DNA of 64,000 bases from a virus, in the IMG/VR virus record IMGVR_UViG_3300023202_000142, positions 32,001 to 96,000 of that record, one strand, 5' to 3'. Positions 27,536 to 34,148 of the stretch are shown in pieces (the stretch's first letter is position 1; each line of letters opens with the position of its first letter). A program made the translations under genes and the position numbers. The notes beneath the pieces are model-generated. The model was not told the origin of the DNA, searched no databases, and saw nothing but the letters and a program-made list of their open reading frames with translations.

Positions 27536-27621
27536 GGAGGGTTGGCAGAGCGGTAATGCATCGGTCTTGAAAACCGACGAGTCCCTGACGGGGCGCGAGG
27601 GTTCGATCCCCTCACCCTCCT
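27536..27621 (+). tRNA. tRNA-Ser(TGA)
   Basis: TCGGT-ctTGAaa-ACCGA; long variable arm. Confidence 0.92.
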
Positions 27622-27625
27622 CTGA

Positions 27626-27697
27626 CTGGGTGTGGGCCAGTGGTTGGCCACTTGCTTTGGGAGCAAGGTTACGGGGGTTCGAATCCCTCCACCCAGA
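27626..27697 (+). tRNA. tRNA-Pro(TGG)
   Basis: CTTGC-ttTGGga-GCAAG. Confidence 0.9.
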
Positions 27698-27770
27698 TGA
27701 CCTGTAGCTCAATTGGCAGAGCACTGCACTTTGACTGCAGTGGTTCGAGGTTCGAATCCTCGCAGGTCAA
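27698..27770 (+). tRNA. tRNA-Gln(TTG)
   Basis: CTGCA-ctTTGac-TGCAG; U1-A72. Confidence 0.92.
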
Positions 27771-27773
27771 TGC

Positions 27774-27844
27774 GGCGACGTGTGCGAGTGGTTAGCGCTC
27801 GGATTGCAAACCCGAGGACGCGGGTTCGAGTCCCGCCGTCGCCT
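27774..27844 (+). tRNA. tRNA-Cys(GCA)
   Basis: loop ttGCAaa; U73. Confidence 0.9.
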
Positions 27845-27845
27845 T

Positions 27846-27930
27846 GGAGCAGTGGCAGAGTGGCAATGCAGCGGGTTGCTAACCCGTAGGTCGTTTCGAC
27901 GGCCCGGGGGTTCGATCCCCTCCTGCTCCG
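27846..27930 (+). tRNA. tRNA-Ser(GCT)
   Basis: loop ttGCTaa; long variable arm; G73. Confidence 0.92.
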
Positions 27931-28000
27931 TATCTCACTGAAATCGAGCTGGAATCAGCTCGGAGCTGGCTGCTAGGGTCGGGTAACCCTGGAGGCTCAG

Positions 28001-28273
28001 ATGACTCTGACAGAACACGTGGACCTTCTCCTCGAAGCGCGCATGTCGTCGCGGGAGCAGAAGCTAGTCGGTAACATGTTGGTGGGCATGGAGATGGAAG
28101 AATACGGTGGCAACACCGAGCGCTTCTACCGCTGGATCGAGCGGAAGACGGATGAATTCCTGGAGGAACTCTACGCAAGGCTCGAAGGTAACGTGCGCGA
28201 AGCCGACCGGAAGAGGCTAACATCGCTAAAGGCCAGGGAGTACATTGCATTGCACAACATGGCGCTAACCTAG
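28001..28273 (+). CDS. tagged hypothetical protein (MTLTEHVDLLLEA)
   Basis: GGAGG SD; tag. Confidence 0.75.
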   Translation: MTLTEHVDLLLEARMSSREQKLVGNMLVGMEMEEYGGNTERFYRWIERKTDEFLEELYARLEGNVREADRKRLTSLKAREYIALHNMALT

Positions 28274-28282
28274 CCCGCCTCG

Positions 28283-28501
28283 CTAACCGAGGTCTCCGGG
28301 CTCAGCCCCGTCGAGAACTCCGAGGACCAGTCGACGGTATTCGTCTCGGGGGATCTCGATGGCGTCGGCGATGGCATCAAGGATGTCTCCGGGGGTGCAG
28401 CCTGCTCGAAGACGACTGACGATGATAGCACCTCCGACCACGAGTCGGTCGGGATTGACGTACATCTCAAGGGTTGGTTCAGAATCTTGTGCATTGGGCA
28501 T
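28283..28501 (-). CDS. hypothetical protein
   Basis: SD AGGAG on the - strand. Confidence 0.6.
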   Translation of the reverse strand: MPNAQDSEPTLEMYVNPDRLVVGGAIIVSRLRAGCTPGDILDAIADAIEIPRDEYRRLVLGVLDGAEPGDLG

Positions 28502-28569
28502 CTCCTATCCCCTCCAACTGCGTTTTGATAGTCTGAGGCTGTCCGTAGCTCGACGCAACAGGAGACGCA

Positions 28570-28980
28570 ATGAGAGACATTCTGAACCGCTTACTGAGTA
28601 GACTGCCCCACCAGTGGGCTCGTGATGCCTCGACCGGCCAACACGCCCTCCTGGAGGCTGTGAGCTTCGAATTGCAGCGCATCTATGATCGAATCGGCGG
28701 TCGGCCCGATCAAATCGTGTTCGAACGCGTCGATCTGATGAACCCCTCACCCGACGATGTCCTGGTGTTGACCATGAAGGTCCCGACATCATTCGGGATC
28801 ACGAACTGGATCGACCAGGCGCAACGGATGAGTGATGACCTCAAGGATGCCCTGGGGGTTCGTGAAATCATCGTACTGCCAGACATCGTACACATCGAAA
28901 ACCTGGGTAATCTCGACGCCAACACCGCAAAAGAGCTTGGGAAGCTCAGGAATGTCATCGCGGCACTGAAGGGTGCTTGA
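28570..28980 (+). CDS. hypothetical protein
   Basis: SD AGGAG. Confidence 0.65.
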   Translation: MRDILNRLLSRLPHQWARDASTGQHALLEAVSFELQRIYDRIGGRPDQIVFERVDLMNPSPDDVLVLTMKVPTSFGITNWIDQAQRMSDDLKDALGVREIIVLPDIVHIENLGNLDANTAKELGKLRNVIAALKGA

Positions 28981-29005
28981 CGACCGAATCCAGGTTCAGT
29001 AGGGT
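28977..29005 (+). promoter_or_regulatory. promoter of tRNA array 2: TTGACG-N17-TAGGGT
   Basis: canonical spacing; overlaps upstream stop as in array 1. Confidence 0.75.
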
Positions 29006-29018
29006 TCGTTTTGAAGCA

Positions 29019-29120
29019 ATGCTCACTGCCCGAGAAGGACAGATGCTTTCAACACGGATGGAAACAGGTACGGATAATCGCTGGACCGGGACGCCCCGGG
29101 CCGGAGGCGATGTCGTGTAA
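29019..29120 (+). CDS. putative leader peptide 2, 33 aa (MLTAREGQMLSTRMETGTDNRWTGTPRAGGDVV), not in ORF track
   Basis: ATG about 7 nt after predicted +1; Thr/Met/Glu/Asp/Asn/Trp-rich centre; stop 23 nt before terminator. Confidence 0.6.
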   Translation: MLTAREGQMLSTRMETGTDNRWTGTPRAGGDVV

Positions 29121-29175
29121 CTGTTGTTCATCGACATGAGTCTAGGCCCGGAGGAAACCCCTCCGGGCCTTTTCT
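29096..29175 (+). terminator. attenuator 2: terminator AGGCCCGGAGG-aaacc-CCTCCGGGCCT plus U-tract; antiterminator CCGGGCC at 29096-29102
   Basis: 29096-29102 is complementary to 29145-29151. Confidence 0.7.
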
Positions 29176-29183
29176 CGTTCTGG

Positions 29184-29205
29184 GGTCTTTGAAAATTGAA
29201 GATGA
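29184..29205 (+). promoter_or_regulatory. boxA-like element GGTCTTTGAAAATTGAAGATGA
   Basis: 20/22 identical to 27282-27303. Confidence 0.6.
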
Positions 29206-29209
29206 AAAG

Positions 29210-29281
29210 TGGTCGGTAGCTCAGCGGTAGAGCGTCGGGTTGTTAACCCGAGGGTCGTGGGTTCGAGCCCCACCCGGCCAG
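29210..29281 (+). tRNA. tRNA-Asn(GTT)
   Basis: TCGGG-ttGTTaa-CCCGA; G73. Confidence 0.93.
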
Positions 29282-29285
29282 TTCA

Positions 29286-29358
29286 GCCCCCTTGGCCCAG
29301 TGGCTAGGGCAACCCGTTGTCTGCGGGAAGATCGTCGGTTCGACTCCGACAGGGGGCG
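29286..29358 (+). tRNA. tRNA-Asp(GTC)
   Basis: loop ttGTCtg; G73. Confidence 0.88.
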
Positions 29359-29376
29359 CTGGGGGCAACCCCATGA

Positions 29377-29450
29377 AGCGGGATAGAGCAGTCTGGTAGC
29401 TCGTCGGCCTCATAAGCCGAAGGCCGGGGGTTCAAATCCCCCTCCCGCTA
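29377..29450 (+). tRNA. tRNA-Met(CAT), initiator-like
   Basis: fMet-type D arm and TTCAAAT loop; A1-U72; anticodon stem TCGGC/GCCGA. Confidence 0.85.
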
Positions 29451-29451
29451 C

Positions 29452-29515
29452 TGAGTGCGCACATCGACCAAGGCGGTCCTAGATCACGGGTACGCGGGTT
29501 GGTGAAGGCGGCTCA
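29452..29515 (+). ncRNA. unassigned hairpin RNA of about 64 nt inside the tRNA array
   Basis: TGAGT/GCTCA and CATCGACC/GGTTGGTG stems; not a cloverleaf. Confidence 0.4.
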
Positions 29516-29517
29516 AT

Positions 29518-29591
29518 GCCAGTGTAGCTCAATCAGGCAGAGCAGCTCCCTTGTAAGGAGAAGGCTGGGGGTTCGATTCCCTTCACTGGCT
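29518..29591 (+). tRNA. tRNA-Thr(TGT)
   Basis: loop ctTGTaa. Confidence 0.9.
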
Positions 29592-29595
29592 TAGC

Positions 29596-29668
29596 GTCGC
29601 CGTCATCTAGTGGCCCAGGATGCCGGGTTTTCAGTCCGGTCACGGGGGTTCGAGTCCCCCCGGCGATA
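29596..29668 (+). tRNA. tRNA-Glu(TTC)
   Basis: CCGGG-ttTTCag-TCCGG. Confidence 0.88.
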
Positions 29669-29672
29669 CTGT

Positions 29673-29746
29673 AGGGAGCGCGCGCTGGGTACGCGGTCTG
29701 GCCTCCAAAGCCGGACGACAGCTCGGATCGTCACCGAGGCTCTCTG
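29673..29746 (+). tRNA. tRNA-Trp(CCA) with atypical T-loop ATCGTCA
   Basis: loop ctCCAaa; CTCGG/CCGAG T stem; G73. Confidence 0.75.
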
Positions 29747-29751
29747 TGTGC

Positions 29752-29843
29752 AGGCGTGGCCCGCCAGAGCTGGAGAGCTGGGCCGGGCTGTAAACCCGGT
29801 GCACCCAAATAAGACTGAGTGGGTTCGACTCCCACCTCCCCTA
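29752..29843 (+). tRNA. tRNA-Tyr(GTA), atypical (two acceptor mismatches); possibly pseudo-tRNA
   Basis: perfect CCGGG-ctGTAaa-CCCGG and T arm; degenerate acceptor and D arm. Confidence 0.55.
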
Positions 29844-29853
29844 TGGAGAATGC

Positions 29854-30069
29854 ATGACACGCAACGATGACATCACCCCCTACGCGCGGCGCATCAGGCG
29901 TATGCTGCATGAGCGCATGAACCCCGAAGCGGTCGAGGTCGAGGTCGAGATCATGCGACGTCTTCGTGAGACCTCCGAGCGCAGTGTCTACCACCGCGCC
30001 ATGCTCACGCCCCTACCTGTTGAGTCTGGAGGTGCCGCGTTTCTGCGGCGCGACAAACCCGAGGAGTGA
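29854..30069 (+). CDS. hypothetical protein
   Basis: GGAG SD, 71 aa between tRNAs. Confidence 0.55.
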   Translation: MTRNDDITPYARRIRRMLHERMNPEAVEVEVEIMRRLRETSERSVYHRAMLTPLPVESGGAAFLRRDKPEE

Positions 30070-30074
30070 GGTTC

Positions 30075-30148
30075 GGGCCGGTAGCTCAGTTTGGCAGAGC
30101 GGCGGATTCTTAATCCGCAGGTCGAGGGTTCGATCCCCTCCCGGCTCA
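30075..30148 (+). tRNA. tRNA-Lys(CTT)
   Basis: GCGGA-ttCTTaa-TCCGC. Confidence 0.93.
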
Positions 30149-30152
30149 CTTC

Positions 30153-30228
30153 GCGCCCGTAGCTCAACTAGGTTCAGAGCATTCGACTTTTAATCGAAGG
30201 GTTCTCGGTTCGATTCCGAGCGGGCGTG
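30153..30228 (+). tRNA. tRNA-Lys(TTT)
   Basis: TTCGA-ctTTTaa-TCGAA. Confidence 0.93.
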
Positions 30229-30244
30229 CTGTACGATCCCTTCC

Positions 30245-30565
30245 ATGTTTCGACTGTTATTCAGGGCCCTCAAGGGCATCGGTGAGATCATCCACCGTGC
30301 ACCTGGCTGGAAGTGTTCAGATTGCGGAAAGGCCATGGCGCCCGGCCATCGGTGCATCAACGTTCACGTTCTTCCGGCGAAGCCACAATCGCGTCGCTAC
30401 CCGGTGGCTAAAACACCATTCAGGATGGTGTTCCATCCTACAGGGGCGGTCCGGCGAACCGTGTTTATCGGGACGACTCTTTCGGCAGAGCGTTCAGGGG
30501 GAGCCAAGGGGTGTCGACCCACTGAGCCCGATCGCCTGGGCGGCCAGCTCCTCAAGACGCTGTAG
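30245..30565 (+). CDS. hypothetical protein
   Basis: CSDC motif; no clear SD. Confidence 0.45.
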   Translation: MFRLLFRALKGIGEIIHRAPGWKCSDCGKAMAPGHRCINVHVLPAKPQSRRYPVAKTPFRMVFHPTGAVRRTVFIGTTLSAERSGGAKGCRPTEPDRLGGQLLKTL

Positions 30566-30662
30566 CGTTGCTTCGGGTCTGAGGTCAGACTATTCTCGGT
30601 CCGAGGAAGGATTCAAGGCCACAAGATGAGCGGTGGTCGTCGATCAGCCGCGGGAGCCTAGC

Positions 30663-30944
30663 ATGGATGTTCAGGACCACATCGACCATTTCTTTGGAGA
30701 AGCTCGTACACGCGGGCGCGCAAGCGTGGGGGATGCCAGAGGACAGGCATCCGAGGTGACTCGAAGGATCGGGGAAGCATTCCTTGAAGCCACCACCCTG
30801 AAGGGCGACTTCGACGCCATGGACGAGATCCCTACATCAGCCCGGAAGATATACGACCGGACCCTGAAGGTCATGGATCTGCTCGGAAAGGCCAAGAAGG
30901 AAGCCTATCAGACCGAAATGGAGCTTCGGAGGGGCAAGTTTTGA
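30663..30944 (+). CDS. tagged hypothetical protein (MDVQDHIDHFFGEA)
   Basis: GGGAG SD; tag variant. Confidence 0.7.
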   Translation: MDVQDHIDHFFGEARTRGRASVGDARGQASEVTRRIGEAFLEATTLKGDFDAMDEIPTSARKIYDRTLKVMDLLGKAKKEAYQTEMELRRGKF

Positions 30945-31186
30945 GCATCCAAGACCACATCAACGCATTCATCGGGGAATCGCCTCAACGCCCTCTCAGT
31001 GAAGCTGAGAGCGAATCTGCGATTCGCGCGCTGATCAATGACAAACTGAAACGAGCTGAGATGCTTCGAGGGATTGCCTCCGGCGACACCTTCGACGACA
31101 CCACTCGCGAGAAGCTGATGAAGTTCATCGACTCGGAGCACAAGGCCCACAAGCAGCTCCAGAAGCTTCTGGGCGGCGAATACTAG
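30941..31186 (+). CDS. tagged hypothetical protein (MSIQDHINAFIGES)
   Basis: TTG start overlaps previous stop; tag variant. Confidence 0.7.
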   Translation: MSIQDHINAFIGESPQRPLSEAESESAIRALINDKLKRAEMLRGIASGDTFDDTTREKLMKFIDSEHKAHKQLQKLLGGEY

Positions 31187-31629
31187 TACGCTGCAGCCTT
31201 CTGTTCGAGCTGCTCGAAGATCTTCTGCTGGACCTCGGCCGACTCGCTGCTCTTCTTTTTCTTCGGCTCAGCCTTCGCTAGTGGCCGATCTGGCTCACCC
31301 TCACTCTCTGCCCCTCCTCCGGTCTCTTCGAGATCCACGGCAATCGCCGGGACAGACTCCCCCATTCCGAGCATCGATGCATGAATTGCAACGGTGACTC
31401 GCAACTCCCGGTTCTCATCTTCAAGGTCTTCGACATCCGTCTTGAGTCCGTTGATCTCCCCCAGCAACGACTCAACAATCAGCTTGTCGGACGCCATCGT
31501 GACCTCTTGAGCCTTCTCCTGGTCTCCCCTGGTGTCGAAGTACTGCACTGTTGCCGTAATGGCCGTTGCCACCGCGAGGATGACCGCAGCCCACGAAGGT
31601 GCATCTCGTTTCGCCTTCTCTTTGTCCAT
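31183..31629 (-). CDS. N-terminal TM plus coiled-coil protein
   Basis: WAAVILAVATAITATVQYF followed by heptads. Confidence 0.65.
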   Translation of the reverse strand: MDKEKAKRDAPSWAAVILAVATAITATVQYFDTRGDQEKAQEVTMASDKLIVESLLGEINGLKTDVEDLEDENRELRVTVAIHASMLGMGESVPAIAVDLEETGGGAESEGEPDRPLAKAEPKKKKSSESAEVQQKIFEQLEQKAAAY

Positions 31630-31703
31630 GATCCGTCCGTTGTTTCAGTCCCGGGTACACAGTATCTTCGGTGAAGTCTGGCTGACACGAAACTGGAGAA
31701 GCA

Positions 31704-32138
31704 ATGGCGAACCTGACCACAACCCTGATGGAGAACTTCCTCACGGAACGTGCTGACGAACCCAGTTGGATCGATGCGCTGTGGGATTTCGAGCGAAAGC
31801 TCGCCGAATACCTCCGCGGCTCGACAGACAGCAAGTACGCCAAGAAGATGAGGCGCAAGCCCAAGATCGGGCGCGCCGGAAGAGGAAAGGGTGCTTCCCT
31901 GGAGTACACTTTCGACGATGGCAAGATCACGTTCACGGCCAGTGTCGTTTCGGACAAGGACAAGATCCGCCTGGCATACTCGGGCAACCATCCCGGCCTG
32001 AAGCGTCGTACCGTGAAGAGTGCCTACAAGGGCCCATTTGAGGTCGACATCACCGAGCCCTGGAAACTGAAAGGGAAGATGAACGGTCTACTGGGCGCCG
32101 CACTCGTCGACGATGAAGGAAAATCTCAACTACGATGA
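31704..32138 (+). CDS. hypothetical protein with tag variant (MANLTTTLMENFLTE)
   Basis: GGAG SD. Confidence 0.7.
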   Translation: MANLTTTLMENFLTERADEPSWIDALWDFERKLAEYLRGSTDSKYAKKMRRKPKIGRAGRGKGASLEYTFDDGKITFTASVVSDKDKIRLAYSGNHPGLKRRTVKSAYKGPFEVDITEPWKLKGKMNGLLGAALVDDEGKSQLR

Positions 32139-32707
32139 CCATCGTTGAGCACGTCTCAGCCCTCCTCATGGAAGCGGCCAAGGGGGTCGACGATCTGGCT
32201 GAGCTTGACCTCACCATCCAGGTCGAGCGCACCGGTGGCGAGGTCTGGGTACGCATCCTCAAGGATGGTGAGGTTCAGACGACCCGTGACCCGGTCTACG
32301 GCTTCCTGGCAATGAAAGATGCGCCGTTCAGTGGCTACGAAGGTAGCTCTGGCGAGTGTCTGGGCGCTTATGTCGTAACGCTCACTTCAGCCACAAAGGG
32401 CTGGGGGCCCCTGATCTACGATGTCGCAATGGAGTATGCGGCTTCGAAGCGAAAGGCCCTGGCACCTGATCGATGGAGCGTCAGTTCGGACGCCAAACGG
32501 GTCTGGAAATACTTCTCCAGTCGACGCTCTGACGTCAAAACCATACAGCTCGACGACCTCAAGAACACGCTGACCCCGACCCCCAAGGACAACTGCCGGC
32601 AAGACTCGGCGCGACGGTTCCCGCGGGATGTTGTCTCCCAGGCATTCTATCGATCTTCGACCCCGAAACTGAAGAAGCTCCGATCGATGGGACTGCTGGA
32701 CACCTGA
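32135..32707 (+). CDS. tagged GNAT-like protein (MTIVEHVSALLMEA)
   Basis: KGWGPLIYDVAM...SDAKRVWKY parallels the 25059 GNAT C-terminal half. Confidence 0.6.
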   Translation: MTIVEHVSALLMEAAKGVDDLAELDLTIQVERTGGEVWVRILKDGEVQTTRDPVYGFLAMKDAPFSGYEGSSGECLGAYVVTLTSATKGWGPLIYDVAMEYAASKRKALAPDRWSVSSDAKRVWKYFSSRRSDVKTIQLDDLKNTLTPTPKDNCRQDSARRFPRDVVSQAFYRSSTPKLKKLRSMGLLDT

Positions 32708-32750
32708 CCTTCCCTGGTGATATTCACGCATTTCACCACAGGAGGTCCCC

Positions 32751-32987
32751 ATGGCCAAGAAGATTAAGCGTCGCCGCCCCCGAGGGTTTGCCTGCGCGTT
32801 CTGTGAAAAGAAACGCGATCAGGTCGAGGTTCTTGTCGTCGGCAACAACGGCGTTCACATCTGTGACGAGTGCATCGTCGCGGGCATCCAGTTCTGCGTC
32901 GGACGCGGCGTCGACGTTGTAAGCAGGGCCATGGATCAACTTCAACAGGCGATGGCTGAACTGGAGCGGGCCCAGGAGCAGGAATGA
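32751..32987 (+). CDS. stand-alone ClpX-type C4 zinc-binding domain protein
   Basis: CAFCEKKRDQVEVLVVGNNGVHICDECI. Confidence 0.85.
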   Translation: MAKKIKRRRPRGFACAFCEKKRDQVEVLVVGNNGVHICDECIVAGIQFCVGRGVDVVSRAMDQLQQAMAELERAQEQE

Positions 32988-33061
32988 ACACCTCGGTTGT
33001 CTGAGATTTTGATCGGGTCCATGATCCTGTCCACAACGACAACACCAACGAGGTTGCACAC

Positions 33062-33541
33062 ATGCTCATCCAACAAACCATCACGAATGCCAGCTCGACG
33101 GACGCGCTGGAGCTGCCGCCGGTCCTCGGTGGTGCCGAGATCGCCGCGTCGGGTTCGGAGTCCAACGTCATCGACACCGACAACGTCACCGAGGAGTACC
33201 TGGAAGCCCTCCAGGACCTCGTCGACGCCGGCGATGCCACCGTCACCTTCGCGCAGACCGCCTTCGAGGAGAATGACGTCCTCGGCGCCTTCAACAAGGC
33301 GATGTCACAGCAGGCGCTCCAGGAACGCGCCGGCACGCAGGCTTTCGCCGCCTCGACATCGGAGTCGGTCTCCCTCTCCCAGGACATGCCGGACACTGAC
33401 TACGTCGTGCTGACCGAGATGTCGGCCGACCCGTCCGATGCACAGGGGCCATGGATCACGAACAAGGCTGTCGACGGTTTCGATATCGAGTTCGATGCCG
33501 CCGTCACCATGGATGTGACCTGGGTCGTCAAGGCGATCTAA
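33062..33541 (+). CDS. acidic beta-rich protein, probable virion/fibre component
   Basis: DYVV...WITNKAVDGFDI...VTWVV resembles fibre C-terminal modules. Confidence 0.5.
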   Translation: MLIQQTITNASSTDALELPPVLGGAEIAASGSESNVIDTDNVTEEYLEALQDLVDAGDATVTFAQTAFEENDVLGAFNKAMSQQALQERAGTQAFAASTSESVSLSQDMPDTDYVVLTEMSADPSDAQGPWITNKAVDGFDIEFDAAVTMDVTWVVKAI

Positions 33542-33560
33542 CCCTGACAGGGGGAACGCT

Positions 33561-33595
33561 GGGCCCGTCACGGTTGTGGCGGGCCCGTTCTTTTT
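33561..33595 (+). terminator. intrinsic terminator
   Basis: GGGCCCGTCAC/GTGGCGGGCCC stem plus TTCTTTTT. Confidence 0.75.
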
Positions 33596-33677
33596 GTAGG
33601 GTGAGTTTCACCGGCAAGCTGCGATCCGGGTCAACAGCGCAGCACTCCAAACGAAACCGAACATACAGGAGTGCACC

Positions 33678-34148
33678 ATGCGCAACCCAGTACGAGCCAA
33701 GTTCAGAATTCTCAAGAAAACCGTCGACTGGCGAGGCACCGCGATCTACGAATTCGCGCCCGTCCTCAAGGACTCGGACGACGAATCAGAGAACTCGCTG
33801 TTCTGGTCTGCATCCCCATCCGGCGAGATGCAGCTCACCTTCAAAGAGGACCCCAAGCACGACATCGGGGCTTACTACTACCTCGACTTCACCCCCGTCG
33901 AACTCAGCGGACCCCCCAAGGAAGATCCCAGGCAGATCTGGGGCGTCGACAAAGTGACGCGGCACTTCGGCGGCCAAACCGATGTCCGTATGAGCCCGCG
34001 TGGAGGACCGCTGCTGAGCTGGAGTTCGTATTTCCAGGTCCAGATCGATCACGAGAAAACCGAGGCTCACGATTCATTCGGGGACGGGTCTGAGCCGGAC
34101 AATCACTGGACGCTGGACATCACCTTCGCTGAACCCAGTGACGACTAG
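33678..34148 (+). CDS. conserved-type phage hypothetical protein (AKF...EN..FW.ASPSG...YYLDFTP)
   Basis: family-typical motif; AGGAG SD. Confidence 0.75.
   Translation: MRNPVRAKFRILKKTVDWRGTAIYEFAPVLKDSDDESENSLFWSASPSGEMQLTFKEDPKHDIGAYYYLDFTPVELSGPPKEDPRQIWGVDKVTRHFGGQTDVRMSPRGGPLLSWSSYFQVQIDHEKTEAHDSFGDGSEPDNHWTLDITFAEPSDD

Noticed and set aside
29452-29515. CTA triplet in the hairpin as an amber-suppressor or Pyl tRNA
   Set aside because: No T-loop or cloverleaf; TAG ends genes normally (e.g. 11240, 17633), so there is no sign of recoding.
29854-30069. ORF before the Lys tRNA pair as a third attenuator leader
   Set aside because: 71 aa with a single Lys, and no promoter, terminator or boxA unit.
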